Assembly (NCBI RefSeq): GCF_009914755.1
Contig: NC_060939.1
DNA: 64,000 nucleotides
Reading direction: 5' to 3' (one strand)
Source: the human T2T-CHM13v2.0 reference genome, Homo sapiens
Every line of letters begins with the position of its first letter. Position 1 is the first letter of the stretch. Below are positions 12,330 through 25,590 of the stretch, one piece after another. The translations under genes and the position numbers were made by a program. The notes beneath the pieces were generated by a model that was not told the DNA's origin, searched no databases, and was given only the letters and a program-made list of their open reading frames with translations.

Positions 12330-12625
12330 TGTATAACCACCACAAGTCATTTCACTGCTATAAAATAGAGATAATAATCCCTCTCCTGTTCACTTATGGG
12401 CTTACTGTGAACATCAAATGAAATAACAAGCACAGAAGTGTTTAAATTGTAAGGTATGGTGTCAAGTTGAATCATCTTCTGGTTCTTGAACCACAGGGAC
12501 CATTTAACCCAATTTCCTCATATTCCAGAAGAGGAAACAGAAGTTCAGAGTGGCTGTGACTCGTCCAGTGTTCTCTGTGGCAGAACTGAGACCAGCTCCT
12601 AGATGCGATCTCTTCTCTTTAACCA
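12330..12625. mobile_element. Two oppositely oriented MIR fragments
   Basis: ctataaaatagagataataat...aaatgaaataac (plus); cagaagaggaaacagaagttcagag (minus). Confidence 0.6.
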
Positions 12626-13524
12626 CCGCTGTGGCTGCTATGATTCAGAGACCTGACAACATTTTGTCATAGAAAAAAATTCAACCACCTCCCCGCCGCC
12701 ACCCCCCACCCTGCTGACCCTTGGCATGGAGTATCTCTCTGCCTTCAAAAGAAAAGAAGAAACAAATTCCAAACCCCAAACCCCACTAACTGCAGAGCAG
12801 CTGCTTCTCAGGGAAAGCGGCCACCCGGAATGTAACGCGGCAGAAACCGGTCTCACTGCCTGCCACCAAGCAAACGTGGCCTGTTCTGATGGCTCAGTGG
12901 CCAATGTCTTCCTGTCACCAAGCTCCTCCAAATCGCGGGGGAGATTGTTTTGACATTTGATTAGCCACAGAGTGTAACTTGTGAGTGCTTGAGCAAGCCG
13001 ACTCTCAAGCAATGGCATCGCTGAGTGCTTTAGCCTGTTAGAGATACCATGTATCAGGGAAAGCGATGGCGGGCAGGGCTCCAAGAGGGAAGATAAGTGG
13101 GCTGTTGGGAGAAATTAATACGAAGAAAGGAAGCGGCGAATGAAGTCAAACGAAAACAGGGTCCTGTGATATCCATGACTCATAAATTTCATTGATACCC
13201 AGAATGTGAGTTCCCTGCTCTCCCTCGAGTTAGTAAACTGCTTGTCCTCAGGGTGACCCTGCGGGAAGATTCAGGGGCAGGAAGGAGGTGGGAGGAACAG
13301 GCTGGAAAGCCCGCATAACTTTTAGGTGGAGCTTGCACAAAATGCTTTCTCTCCTGCAGGGAAGAGCCTATGAAGATGGCCCTGAGAACAGATGAGTGCC
13401 TGCCTAGGGCGTGATTCAAGGGGGAAGAGGTCACCAAAGGAAGGCAGGAAGGTGATAATTGTGGGGGTGGGAATGGAGATTGGAGGGACCCAAGACAGAA
13501 GTCACAACTGAATCCTTCTTTCTT

Positions 13525-13819
13525 TTTTTTTTTTTTTGAGATGTAGTCTCTCTCTGTCTCCCAGGCTGGAGTGCAGTGACGCGATCTCGGCTCACTGCAA
13601 GCTCTGCCTCCAGGGTTCACGCCATTCTCCTGCCTCAGCGTCTCCGAGTAGCTGGGATTACAGGCGCCTGCCACTACGCCCGGCTAATTTTTTGTGTTTC
13701 TAGTAGAGACGAGGTTTCACCGTGTTAGCCAGGATGGTCTCAATCTCCTGATCTCGTGATCCGCCCACCTTGGCCTCCCAAAGTGCTGGGATCACAAGCA
13801 TGAGCCACCGCGCCCGGCC
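13525..13819 (-). mobile_element. AluY with 16-bp TSD
   Basis: Y diagnostics (gcaagctc, ttcacgccattc, cgtgttagccaggatggtc); TSD TGAATCCTT(C/A)TTTCTT at 13509-13524 and 13820-13835. Confidence 0.96.
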
Positions 13820-14989
13820 TGAATCCTTATTTCTTAGCAAGGTTGTTCAGGCCACCCTACTCCAAACTATTTATTGCCATGAGTCCCTTCATTATCTTTA
13901 ACCACCATAAACCCCCTAATGTGAAAGACTGAGTCTGCCAAATGAATTAGGTTTTGCCGACAGCTCAGACTGTGGAGTTCCGTAAGCCTGCGGTGAGAGC
14001 TAAGTCTAATCTATGGGGGGTTCTCAGTAGGATGTTTGACATGTTGGAAACCACTTGGGGACCCCTCTGCTTTCTGCTGGACTCAACTTAGGCTGGCAGC
14101 TGTTGATCCTGTGCTGTCACCTCCACCCCTCCCGCCGGTGCCCATGCCTCGGGAGCCATGATGGAGAGAGGTCAGCAGGAAGGGGAGTGAAGTAGTGGGA
14201 AAGGCCTGGCCTGGGAAGCTGGGGAGGGGTGTGGTCCCAGAACATAAGGAGGGGGAAGACTAGGAGAGGTGTCATATCAGGGGACTTCCTGGAGCTGTGG
14301 ATTTGCTAATGCTGCCCTCTCTTCACTCTAAGGCCCTGTCTGTGACATCAAGTGACCTCCCTATATTAGACTCTTGTGTGCAGAAAAGGCTATACCTTTG
14401 TAGCCAAGGAAAACCCATTTCAGTGGGCAGGAACCCACATCAGAGTCCGCAGGTAAGCACCCCTAATAAGGCTAAATGAGGAATAGATTGGAAGATCCAA
14501 GAGATCTGGAAAAGGGGGCCTTTTATGAACCTTAGACGCAGGAACTGCCATTGCCCAAACCCAGCTCCAAACCCAGCTCAGCAGGATGGGGCCTCCCCAT
14601 ACTCCACCCCAAAGCCTGCAGTGGAAACCTCAGAACTGACCTTCCAGATTGACCAAGTTGGTAGTCTTAGCTCTAGATTGCACCTGAGGAAACTGAGGTA
14701 CCTAGAAGTCAAGTAATTTGTTCAGCATTACATGCTGGACTCTACGTCCAGCTTTGTCTGATTCCAAGCCAGGGCTTGCAATGCTGCACCATGTACTGTG
14801 TGGAGGTTTTAGTGCACTTCAGAGTTTCTATAGCTATCTTCCCAACTATCCTGTGAGCACGTAGAAGGCAGAAGCAAAGTTTTCTTTACTATTTGCATGG
14901 CTTCATTTTAACACATTTACTGGGGGCTCACTTCATGTCGGGCATTGCGCGAGGTGGGAATAGCTACATGATATCATATTTGGGGCGTA

Positions 14990-15060
14990 TGTTCAAGAAT
15001 TTCAAGATGGTGACAGCAGAGCATGAAACCAAGTGCAGGGTCTTTCTGAGAGCAGCTCCC
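14990..15060 (-). mobile_element. hAT-Tip100 (MER91-like) fragment inside an L2
   Basis: aagaatttcaagatggtgacagcagagcatgaaaccaagtgcaggg. Confidence 0.55.
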
Positions 15061-15934
15061 GAAGCCAGTCCAGTCATCAGAAGAGCAGAGAGAAGAGCAC
15101 AAAACCAGACACAACTGCAGTGTCCTCTGAGAACGGGGACAGCTGTAGGCGCAGGGCTAAGGGAGCTCAGAGGAGAGCACTAAGCCCAACAAGCACTTGA
15201 CTCGATGGCGATACTACACATTTGCAGCTTCTCAGCGGGTGCTGAGGAAAGCACCTCGGTGCACGTGACCTCACAGTGACATAATGAGGCAGACATTATT
15301 TATGTAACAAGAAAACAGCATAGATCCTATACTACCTACCAGATACTTCCCTCTTCCCCAAGCGTTTGTAACTATTAACCACTTTGCTCTTAATCTTTTG
15401 ATGTAGTTGCTTTGTTATCCCCATTTTACAGAAAAAGAAGCTGAGGTTCAGAGACATTAAGTGACTTGGCAAAGTCGAAGCTTCAACCTCAGATTAGTCT
15501 GTTTCTGGGTCTAGAAGTTTTTCTACCAGAGCAGCACTTCCATGCAAGTAACCTCGGTGAATCAGCTTTAGAAAACATATGATACGCAGACATTGTGTGA
15601 AGGCCTCTGGGGTCCCCTCCTTGCTGGGATGAGATGACAGGTCCACAAGGGGGCCAGGGGCAGCTGGTGCCCAGGGAGGGGCTGCACAGTGAGCCCCAGG
15701 GCCTGCAGCTTAGAGAATCCTTTGTCTGAGGATCAGCATGTGTAGGGGTGGGACTGGTTAAAACAAACGATTGCACCTTTCCTCCTTTTAAAGGGGAAAA
15801 CATTGGGAAATGAAATTAGAATAAAACGAAGGGGAGAAAAACATCCATTGTCCCAGTATCCAAATACTACCGCTGTTAATATGTTGAAATATTCCCTGCC
15901 AGTCTTGAGGGATGTGGGGAAAGTGTGCCTTCTT

Positions 15935-16910
15935 ATATTTTGGGGGAAATGCAAAGTGGTATAACTTTTACTGGAAGCAATCTGGCAACATCTATTAAAA
16001 TAAAAAAAGTATATACTCTTCAACTCAGCAGTCTAACTCCTGGGAATCTAGCCCACAGAAATAAAAGCTCCGTTAGGTAAAAATGTAAGTACAAAGATGT
16101 TTATTGCAGCGTTATTTGAGTGGCGTTCATGCATGTGCACACACACAGGGAACACAGTGAATGCCCATCCCAGAGAAAGGCTGAATAAATGAGGGTACAT
16201 AAAACATGGACTATTATATAGCCATTAAAAAGAATGAATTAGCACTATACTATTTGACTGGGGGTAGGGAGGTACATTAGTCTATTTTGTGTTGCTATAA
16301 AGGAGTACCTGAGACTGGTTAATTTACAAAGAAAAGAGGTTTACCTTGGCTCACAGTTCTGCAGACTGTTCAGGAAGCATAGAGCTGGCATCTGCTTCAT
16401 GCAAGGACCTTCACACAAAGAAGCTTATACTAATGGTGGAAGGTGAAAGGCACATCACATGGTAAAAGAGGGAGCAAGAGAGAGAGGAGGAGGTGCCAGG
16501 CTCCTTTAAGCAACCAGATCTCATGTGAACTCATAGAGTGAGAACTCACTCATCACCATGAGGACAGCACCAAGCCATTCATGAGGAATCTGCCTCCATG
16601 ACCCAGACACCTCCCACTAGGCCCCCTTACAACACTGGGAGCCACATTTCAACATGAGATTTGGAGGGGACACAAACCATATGAGGAGATATGTTGAAAG
16701 GGAAAAGATAGATGCAGAAAAAGGTGTGTAACATGATTCACTTTTTATAAAACAATAACAGAAATGACCTGCCTTTGCGTTTGTATGCATATACATGTAT
16801 GTTGACACAGGTCTGTACAGGATTATACAAATCTGCATATAAACATGGAAAGACACATAATAAGCTGTTAACATGTGTTACCTGAGCAGGTATAGAGGGT
16901 ATGGGGTGGG
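15935..16910 (+). mobile_element. Old L1M (L1ME-like) 3' region, split by an MST LTR
   Basis: ctggaagcaatctggcaaca...ctcctgggaatcta...gatgtttattgcagc...gccattaaaaagaatga. Confidence 0.8.
16273..16684 (-). mobile_element. MSTB-like MaLR solo LTR
   Basis: ttagtctattttgtgttgctataaagga..tacctgagactgg ... tttcaacatgagatttggagggga; TSD GGAG(G/A). Confidence 0.9.
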
Positions 16911-17112
16911 GTGTCACTTAATAACATGGGACAGGAAAAGAGGAGAGGGAATTCTCAGAACAAAAAGGAGGAAAACAAAGACTACTTATTTCCCACCAGT
17001 CTTTTTTCACTATATAATCTTCCTCCAGCCAACTCCCTAGCTATATAATCGGTGCTTCCCATGCAGAGCAGTTTGGTGGTAAAAACAGGGTCACAACCAC
17101 ACAGTACAGTAA

Positions 17113-17446
<334 letters not shown>

Positions 17447-18264
17447 TCTCCAGCCCTGTTTTAAAAATTCAGTCCACCACTCTGGGAGTCTGCTCATCCA
17501 GTGATCAGGCACTGCTAGTCATTTTGTTCCTCTACTTCCAAAGCCTCCATTGCCTGCCAACCCAAACAAGTCTCCCTTGCACCCTGCTGCTGAACATGAG
17601 AGCACCATCTCCAGTTGTTCCCAAACATGAGGCGTGGCCTCTGAGATCTTGGAAACTGCTGGAGCTGTAGGAGCTCCACACATAGCTGCCTGATCTCTTC
17701 TTGGTCCCTCCTCCCCGGGCTGGTTAGGGTTTGGGGGCTGTGAGCAACAGAAAGCAAAATGGGCAAGCGCAACCAACATAAAAGGGAACTTGGTGGGAGA
17801 ATTTGGGGGAGGTCACAAGATGGAGAGAAGGATAAAAACCGAGCTGTAAACTGACAGGAAGCGGTGGCTCAAGAGTCTCTCAGGAGCAGAAACTCTGTCC
17901 ATCTCCCTAGCTGGTCATTCCTGGGGAACCGAACGAACGCCAGCCCTACCTTCTCCCTTGCTTCTGCTCAAGATTCAGGGTCCCAAGAGAATGTGTCATT
18001 GGTTATGTGTGTACCCCCTGGCTGAAGAAGGGCAGTGGGTGGAAGGTTCCAGCAAAAGGAGCCTTTGGGCCCCCCTCCATCCTTCCCAGTGAAACACAGA
18101 CGTTTGCTTTCTATAAATTGAGACTGCATGCTGTGAGGGGAGCACTCTACACAAAGGAAACTGGGGGCTGCCGGGGGAGGGGAAAAGTCTCTGCGGTCTC
18201 AAAAAAGTCAAATCTCTACTTCTCACACCCTCCCCATTCAGAGTCTAAGGAGATGGGCAGGGTT

Positions 18265-19050
<786 letters not shown>

Positions 19051-20692
19051 TGGGGTAGGAAGGCCTCATCCAGGGCAATGGGAACCAAGGGAGAAAATGG
19101 AGGGAAAACTTTAATTGAAGTGCAGAGTCCAGCAAACCAGGAGCATTTTTGGAACCACAGAAAGTGAGAGGCAGAAACTCAGCGTCCTGTATGGAGTTAG
19201 GGGTCAGGGCAACGGATAGAAAAGTGAGAGAATCAGGTTGGGAGCAATAGGGAGCCATAGCTTCAGAAACTGCTTGAAATTACCGAGGTAGCAAGTCTTG
19301 CTGCTTGCTTTTAGTAGCTGCACTGGAACATGATATGGGACTGGGTTAATTTGGCTTTAAGACCCAGGCATGGAGCTGACAGTTGTGATTAAAATGGGGA
19401 AACAATTTTGAAAAATTAATTTTTACTTTTTCCAAAGTGATACATGGACATAGTTCTAAGAAATCAAAAAACACAAAAGAGGCTTCCGGTGCAAAGCGGC
19501 TGTCTCCCACCCCAGGGCTTCTCATTCTCTCACCACTCCTGAGAGGAAACAATTTCAACTCCCTTAGGCATTGCTTCTATTATTTATCTTCATATACTTC
19601 TAAATAATTTGCTATGCTGCTTTTCCCCCCATTATCTATTGACTTCATGTTCTGGTAATTGAGGATTTAGCTACTTTATAAGCTCTCTCCTCCATTTCTC
19701 CTTTGATTATCTTACTATGTTATATCATAGTTTGGGGCTGTGTTTACATTATTATGGCTGTGAAAATATTATTCCCCCATGACCCAAGTCAGGTACATTC
19801 CTCCATTTGTACATCACTTTGCTTTTTTGTTTGCTCAATTCTCTGTCCTCCAAAAGAAGTATCAAATGCCTATCAATATTGTTTTCCAAAAGTTTGAAAC
19901 AACATGCTGGATAATATACAAATTTCACCTCCATGCCTTCCCACTTCACCCCTTATTTGGACCGGCTGCTCTCTGGTTATCTCTAAAATCCAGCCAGTTT
20001 CTTGGGTGAGATCCCCATTTTCCTGTATCCCATGTATTCCTATTTATTGGTTTCTTTTCTTGTTTGGCTGAAGCACATCCTATGGTAATTTCCTAAGGAA
20101 AGGTGCAAGGGAGGTCAATTTTTTTGCGTGTTTGAAATATACTTATTCCACCATCATACTTGATTTATGATCAGGCTCTGTGTTCAAAATAGGGTTCCTC
20201 TCTGCATTCATGTTTCCATTGTCTTCTATTTCTCAAGTTCTAGTTGAAGTCTGACACCATGTGGATGTGGTGGACATGGGGAGGGTACCCTGGGTCCCTA
20301 ACTCCTCTGAATGTAGACTTTAAATTAACTGCAGTGCCTTCCACTCTGCACATCGCCATGGATTTTTGCAGACTTGGAGCATTCAAGCTCTGAATCTCTC
20401 AGGAATCCTTTAAGATAAATCAATGTGCTTCTCACTGGTCTGCCTTCCGCAAGTGCTGAAGTTTGTAACTTTCTCCACTGTGCTGAGTCATTACCACTCA
20501 TCCCTCTGCTTCCCAGAGCCCAGGTATTTGTTGAAATCTCTTATCTCCTGATGTCACAAACCACTTTGGACTTGGCATTTCATATATGTCTCCCCATTTA
20601 CTGTCAATTTAATAAAATGTTGCCAGTGAGAGAAGGTCAAGGTATATTTAATCCATCATATTTAACTGGATTGAAATTCTTATTTTTCCCTC

Positions 20693-20868
20693 ATATATAT
20701 AATATACAATATTTATATATTAATATATGTTGTATATTTATGTATTATTTATAATATATTATAAATATGTAATATATAATTATATACTTATAATATATAA
20801 TATAATTACATATTTATAATATATAATAATATAATATAATTACATATATTTATATATTCATATATATG
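20693..20868. repeat. AT-rich low-complexity (TA/TAA) tract
   Basis: Almost pure A/T, made of tata/taat iterations. Confidence 0.9.
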
Positions 20869-20999
20869 AATCTTACAAGCAGATTTCAGAGGGTGATTTC
20901 TCAGTCTGTTTTGTGCTGCTGTAACAGAATACCTGAGACTTGATAATTTGTAATCAACAGAAATTTACTTGGCTCACAGTACTGGAGGCTGAAAGTTCA
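20865..20999 (-). repeat. Templated insertion: inverted copy of 22001-22129
   Basis: Copies the MST LTR end plus about 33 bp of its unique flank; perfect 12-bp repeat TTCATATATATG at 20857-20868 and 20996-21007. Confidence 0.9.
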
Positions 21000-21719
21000 T
21001 ATATATGTCCATATCCATATTATGGAAGTTTTACGGATTTCTTTTTAAATTGCTGTATAGTATTTTACAATCCATTAAGAAGATGTGGGATGGTTTACTT
21101 ACCCAATCCCTTATTGATAGACATTTAATTTGCTTTAATTTTTCACATAATGAACACCTTTATGCATATGGCTCTTTCTGTATTTGGTATTGTTTTCTTG
21201 GGATATATTCCCGTATCCAAAGGTTGTGAACCTTTTAAACATATTTTGATAAATGTTGCCAAACTGCTTTCTAGAATGTGTGTACCCATTTTACCCGTAG
21301 GCAAGAGAAAGGAGTAGACTGTTGTAACTGCCTGGCCTGGTCTTCTGTGGCTGTATATATCTTGTTTAGCTTCAGGTCTCCTGCAGTTTGCCCCAGCACC
21401 AAGTTCTGGTGAATCTGTGTAAGTTGATAATGGCATCCATTCCTGCTGAGAAATGCCCACATTCTTATCTTGACCAGCTTAAAAAAAACAATGTGGATGA
21501 GGGAAGAAAGAAATGTGAATTCCTTTTTTCTCTTTCTTAGTCTTACTTCTGTGGGTGGTAGGGGAAGTGCAGGGAAAAGAGAAATAATTTTTTAAAAGTT
21601 ATTTGAAAAAGCATGAGGTGAAACCAGTCTGGAAGGTCAGTAACTGTAAACAGGATAATTTTACTACTTCGCCTCCTCACTTCAGGAACAAAGGTGTCTG
21701 AATATACCAGTAACGTCAC

Positions 21720-22096
21720 TGTTATGATTTGAATGTGTTCCCCAAAGTTTGTGTGTTGAAAACTTCATCCCCAGTGCAACAGTACTGAGAGCTAAGACCT
21801 TTAAGAGGTGATTAGGTCATAAGGACTATGCCCTCATGAATAGATAGTGTCATTATTGTGGGAGTATAAAGTGTCATTATCGTGGGAGTTTGTTATAACA
21901 TTAAGTCTGGCCTTCTCTAGTGCATGCTGTCACCATGTGATGCCCTCCATCATGTTATGATGCAGCAAGAAGACCCTCACCAGATGCAGTCCCTTAATCT
22001 TGGACTTCTAGCCTCCAGCACTGTGAGCCAAATACATTTCTGTTGATTGTAAATTACCGAGTACTCTGTCGTAGCAGCACAGAACGGACTGAGATA
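21720..22096 (+). mobile_element. MSTD-like MaLR solo LTR
   Basis: tgttatgatttgaatgtgttcccc ... ttggacttctagcctccag...gcacagaacggactgagata; TSD GTC(A/G)C. Confidence 0.88.
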
Positions 22097-22698
22097 GTCG
22101 CCTTCTGAAATCAGCTTGTAAGATTCGTAGACCTTCAGTGCTGGAAAACCTGGTGAGGTCATTCATTCAGGGCCCCATTTTACAGATGAGGAGACGGAGC
22201 CTAGAGAGACTCAGTCCACAGCCACAGAGCAAGCCAGTGGCAAGGCCTTAAAGAGAGCCCAAAGCTCTTGGTGCTACACAGACTAAGATACTTCCCTCTG
22301 AATCAGGCCTGCCTGAATCATGCCTGGCATTTGTCAGCATCTTGTTCATGATAAACACGATCTCAGTGGTGGCACAAGGTGCGCTGTGGGCCTTTCCCCA
22401 GCACAGTGCTCTGGAGGAACTGCAGCAGTAGCAGCTGAATCAATATCACACTTTGCAGGGAGTCTGTTGGCAGCTGGTCATGCAGTGAATTGTGGTTCTT
22501 GGCGTTTGTGGCTGTCAGAGCCTTTCCTGTGGGGAGGGTGGCCTTCCTGTGTGGAAGGCAGGCTCCTGTGAGGCCGGCTAGGCTTTACAGCTCAAAGGGT
22601 AGGTCTCAGGGCCCCCAGAGAGACTGGTAGCTCTCTGAGGTTGCTGTGCACAGCCCTAACTGTCCACTGGGCTCCTCCACTTACAAAATCTCACTTTG

Positions 22699-23039
22699 GG
22701 TCAGCTGCAGTGTCTCACACCTATAGTCCCAGCATTTTGGGAGGCTGAGGCGGGAGGATCACTTGGGCCCAGGAGATAGAGACCAGCCTGGGCAACACAA
22801 GGAGACTCCCATCTCTACAAAAAAATTTAAAAAATTAGCCAGGTGTGGTTGCATGTGCCTGTAGTCCCAGCTACTTGGGAGGCTAAGGCAGGAGGAAGAT
22901 GAGGCTTCAGTGAGCTATAATACAGCCACTGCACTCCAGCCTGGGCAACAGAGTGAGATTCAGTCTCTAAATAAATAAATAAATAAACCAACCAACCAAC
23001 CAACCAACCACCAAAAAAAAACAACAACAACAAAAAAAA
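22699..23039 (+). mobile_element. AluJ with compound (TAAA)/(CAAC)/(CAA) tail
   Basis: Dimeric Alu with a short right-arm deletion. Confidence 0.93.
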
Positions 23040-23359
23040 CACTTCACTTTGACCCTTACATTTAGTCCTTCCAGACTTTTAACTGAGTCTGACCAAGTGT
23101 TTCTGGTGCCAACAGGTTTGAATCTATTCAGGGGAACAGGGGACCAACCTGTGAAAGCAGGACCCGTGGTGGTTGTCCTTTATTCCCTACGGTCTGGGGG
23201 CTTCTCGTGGGCCTGCTGTCCCTCCACATCAAGCCTGAAGCCAAGAGGCTCCAGTGTCTACTGCCAGGAGCCATCTCAGCTCCACTACTGGTCCAAGTAC
23301 CCGATGTGAGCACATCAACATCCCCAGCCCCAGGTGCCTCATCAGTAAAATGGAAGATG

Positions 23360-23438
23360 TTAGATGGAACATATGAAATTGCTAGTAGTCAACCATTTTT
23401 GACCTACAACAGCAACACAGTTCATATGGCTCAATCTA
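23360..23438. mobile_element. MADE2-like mariner MITE inserted in a MIR
   Basis: About 80 bp with imperfect TIRs ttagatggaacatatgaa ... ttcatatggctcaatcta; core accatttttgacctaca. Confidence 0.75.
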
Positions 23439-23574
23439 CTACTAGCACCTACCTTATGGCATTTTTAAGATTAAACTAGGAACATTCATATCCAATGCTT
23501 AGCACACATGTGAAATGTAGGAACCACCACCGTCTGTGCTTATTTTCTAGACTCAGGACTTGGGCAAAAAACAA

Positions 23575-24130
23575 CAAGTGAGCTAACAGGAACTGAGCGT
23601 CTACTATCTGCTGGTACTATACATGCCATATTGTTTCATCTTCTCAACAGTTCCAGGGAGGGTTGGCATGGTTAACACCATCTTATAGATGAGGAAACCG
23701 AGGCACATGGAGGTTAAATAAATTGCCCCAAATCACACGGCTAGTTGACAGCTGGGCTGTGATTGAAATCCAGATGTTTCTAACTCTGGAGGCTGTGTGC
23801 TTTCCTGAAGCACTCTGTCACTTTCTGAGTTCCAGTGTTGGGCACTTAATAGTCTTTCCCCAAATTTTGAATTTGGAAAATATAAAAGAGGATTTTGAAT
23901 TACCACTAATGAATTAACAAGCTTCATGCATGTATTATTTTATTTGAGCTCATAAAATGTTGTGACTCCTCATACCACTCCATGAAAGAGGAACTCTTGC
24001 TTCCATTTTACAGGTGAGAAGCTGAGGCTCAGGAAGGCTATGGGACTTGCCTGAAGCCACACAGCAGGAAGCAGAATAGCTGAGATCCACCTCCAAGTCT
24101 GCTGGACTCCAAAATCTGTGCTTTCTCTCT
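23575..24130 (-). mobile_element. Two MIR copies
   Basis: atagatgaggaaaccgaggcaca; ccattttacaggtgagaagctgaggctcag. Confidence 0.75.
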
Positions 24131-25114
24131 GCTAGGCAAGAACCGTGGCTTCCTTCCTCTTAGGGAAAGGGCTGCAACACAGCCAGGCCGCTGACTGAAA
24201 TCTTCTCATCCCAGGGGATGCGGTGGCCACTCTCCCCATCCTCTCCGTCCTGTGTGCGATTCACCTGCCTATGACTGGGGCAAGGCCTAGATTTGTGGGA
24301 AAGGATCCCGGCGCTGGGATCATGATGAACGGCAACCTCCCTGCAGCAGCCCCCTCCCCCAACAACACACGCACATCAGAGCTCGGGGGGGAGGCAGAGG
24401 GCCCTCCTTGCTCAAAATAGCTCTGTGTTATTAGCTGCATTTAATTGAAGGTGTTTCGAGGGCAGCCTCCACCGGGCCCAAACCAAATGGAAAATGACAC
24501 ACTGTCAAATTAATGTCCCCAGACCATGATAAATGTCCGGGCTTGGTGAGTAATGCTTCCATTTCTTGTTTTAAAGGAGAAGGATGCAGCCAGGCTCCGC
24601 GCGTCTGTCCCTGTTGTGCGGGGAAAGGTCAGGGGCATCCTCGGGATAAATAGCATTCCTCGCTGGCCCGCCCACCCAGGCTGGGCTTCTCCGGCTTCTG
24701 CTGAGCTCTGCTTTCTCTCTCTTCCTGTCTCTTGAGGCTGGCAAGATTGCTGAACAGCTTGTGAGCCTCCCGGCCAATGTCCAGGGAGGAAGGAGCTGGA
24801 GATAAGACTAATCCTCACCATCCACCCGTACTTTATACCTTCCAGAGTGCAGTCACCTCGGTTATCGCGTGTGTTAGTTGGCATTCGAGGCCTGCTCCTG
24901 ACCTCCAGCTGCACGCCTCACTGCCATGCCCTTGGTTCAGCCATACTGATTCCTCAAACCCGCCCTGCACACCCCAGCCTCTTGGACTATGTGGAACACA
25001 ACTGCTAAAGCGCCTGCTCTGTGCCGGGCTCTGGGCTCTGGGCTCAGCCCCTGCCCTGGAGGACAGACAGCCCCTGAGAGCCGGAGCTGCCCTGGCATTC
25101 CCAGCCTGGCTGCG

Positions 25115-25590
25115 GTAATCTCTTATTGAACATAAACAATTTCCCAGAATATAAACATCAGACAAGGCCACAAGCAAGACGAAAACAAGACCACTCCGTA
25201 ATTGTGTCTGAACACAGACAAAAACAAGAACACTGTCCAAACCACAAAGATCACCAAACACCCCCCCGTCCTGGCGAACATCAGGGACTACTGCTTCTTT
25301 ACCAATTACAGCTTCAGCTGTGCTCTCTGCTTCCCTCCTTCTAGATAAGATCCCCAGACACAGAATTACTCCCCACCACTTTCTTCCTGATAGCACTCCC
25401 TCCAGAACCAAGCTCTGCTCCCTGGAGCACCTCACACTAGCCCAGATCCCGTAACTCATTTCCAGCACTCTCTCACTGAGCTGCCTCGCCATTCCCTGTG
25501 GCGCGTGTTCTCCCTGTTGCAATGGGTAATACACCCGCCTTTGTTCAAATATAGATGTGTTTCTGGCAGCTTGGGCTGGAAGGCACTGGC
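25115..25590 (+). mobile_element. ERV1-class solo LTR (MER90-like, subfamily uncertain)
   Basis: aacatcagacaaggccac...aaaacaagaccactcc..tgtctgaacacagacaaaaaca motif recalled from ERV1 LTR consensus sequences. Confidence 0.6.

Larger units (their letters stand above)
19410..21300 (-). mobile_element. Degenerate antisense L1M fragments
   Basis: AT-rich; e.g. ttgctgtatagtatttta...ttgatagacattta...ttgccaaactgctttctagaatg. Confidence 0.6.

Noticed and set aside
16548-16572. REST/NRSE-like sequence
   Set aside because: Part of the MST LTR body, with wrong spacing and mismatches.
23360-23438. miRNA hairpin
   Set aside because: The palindromy is explained by mariner MITE terminal repeats and is too degenerate to claim a miRNA.
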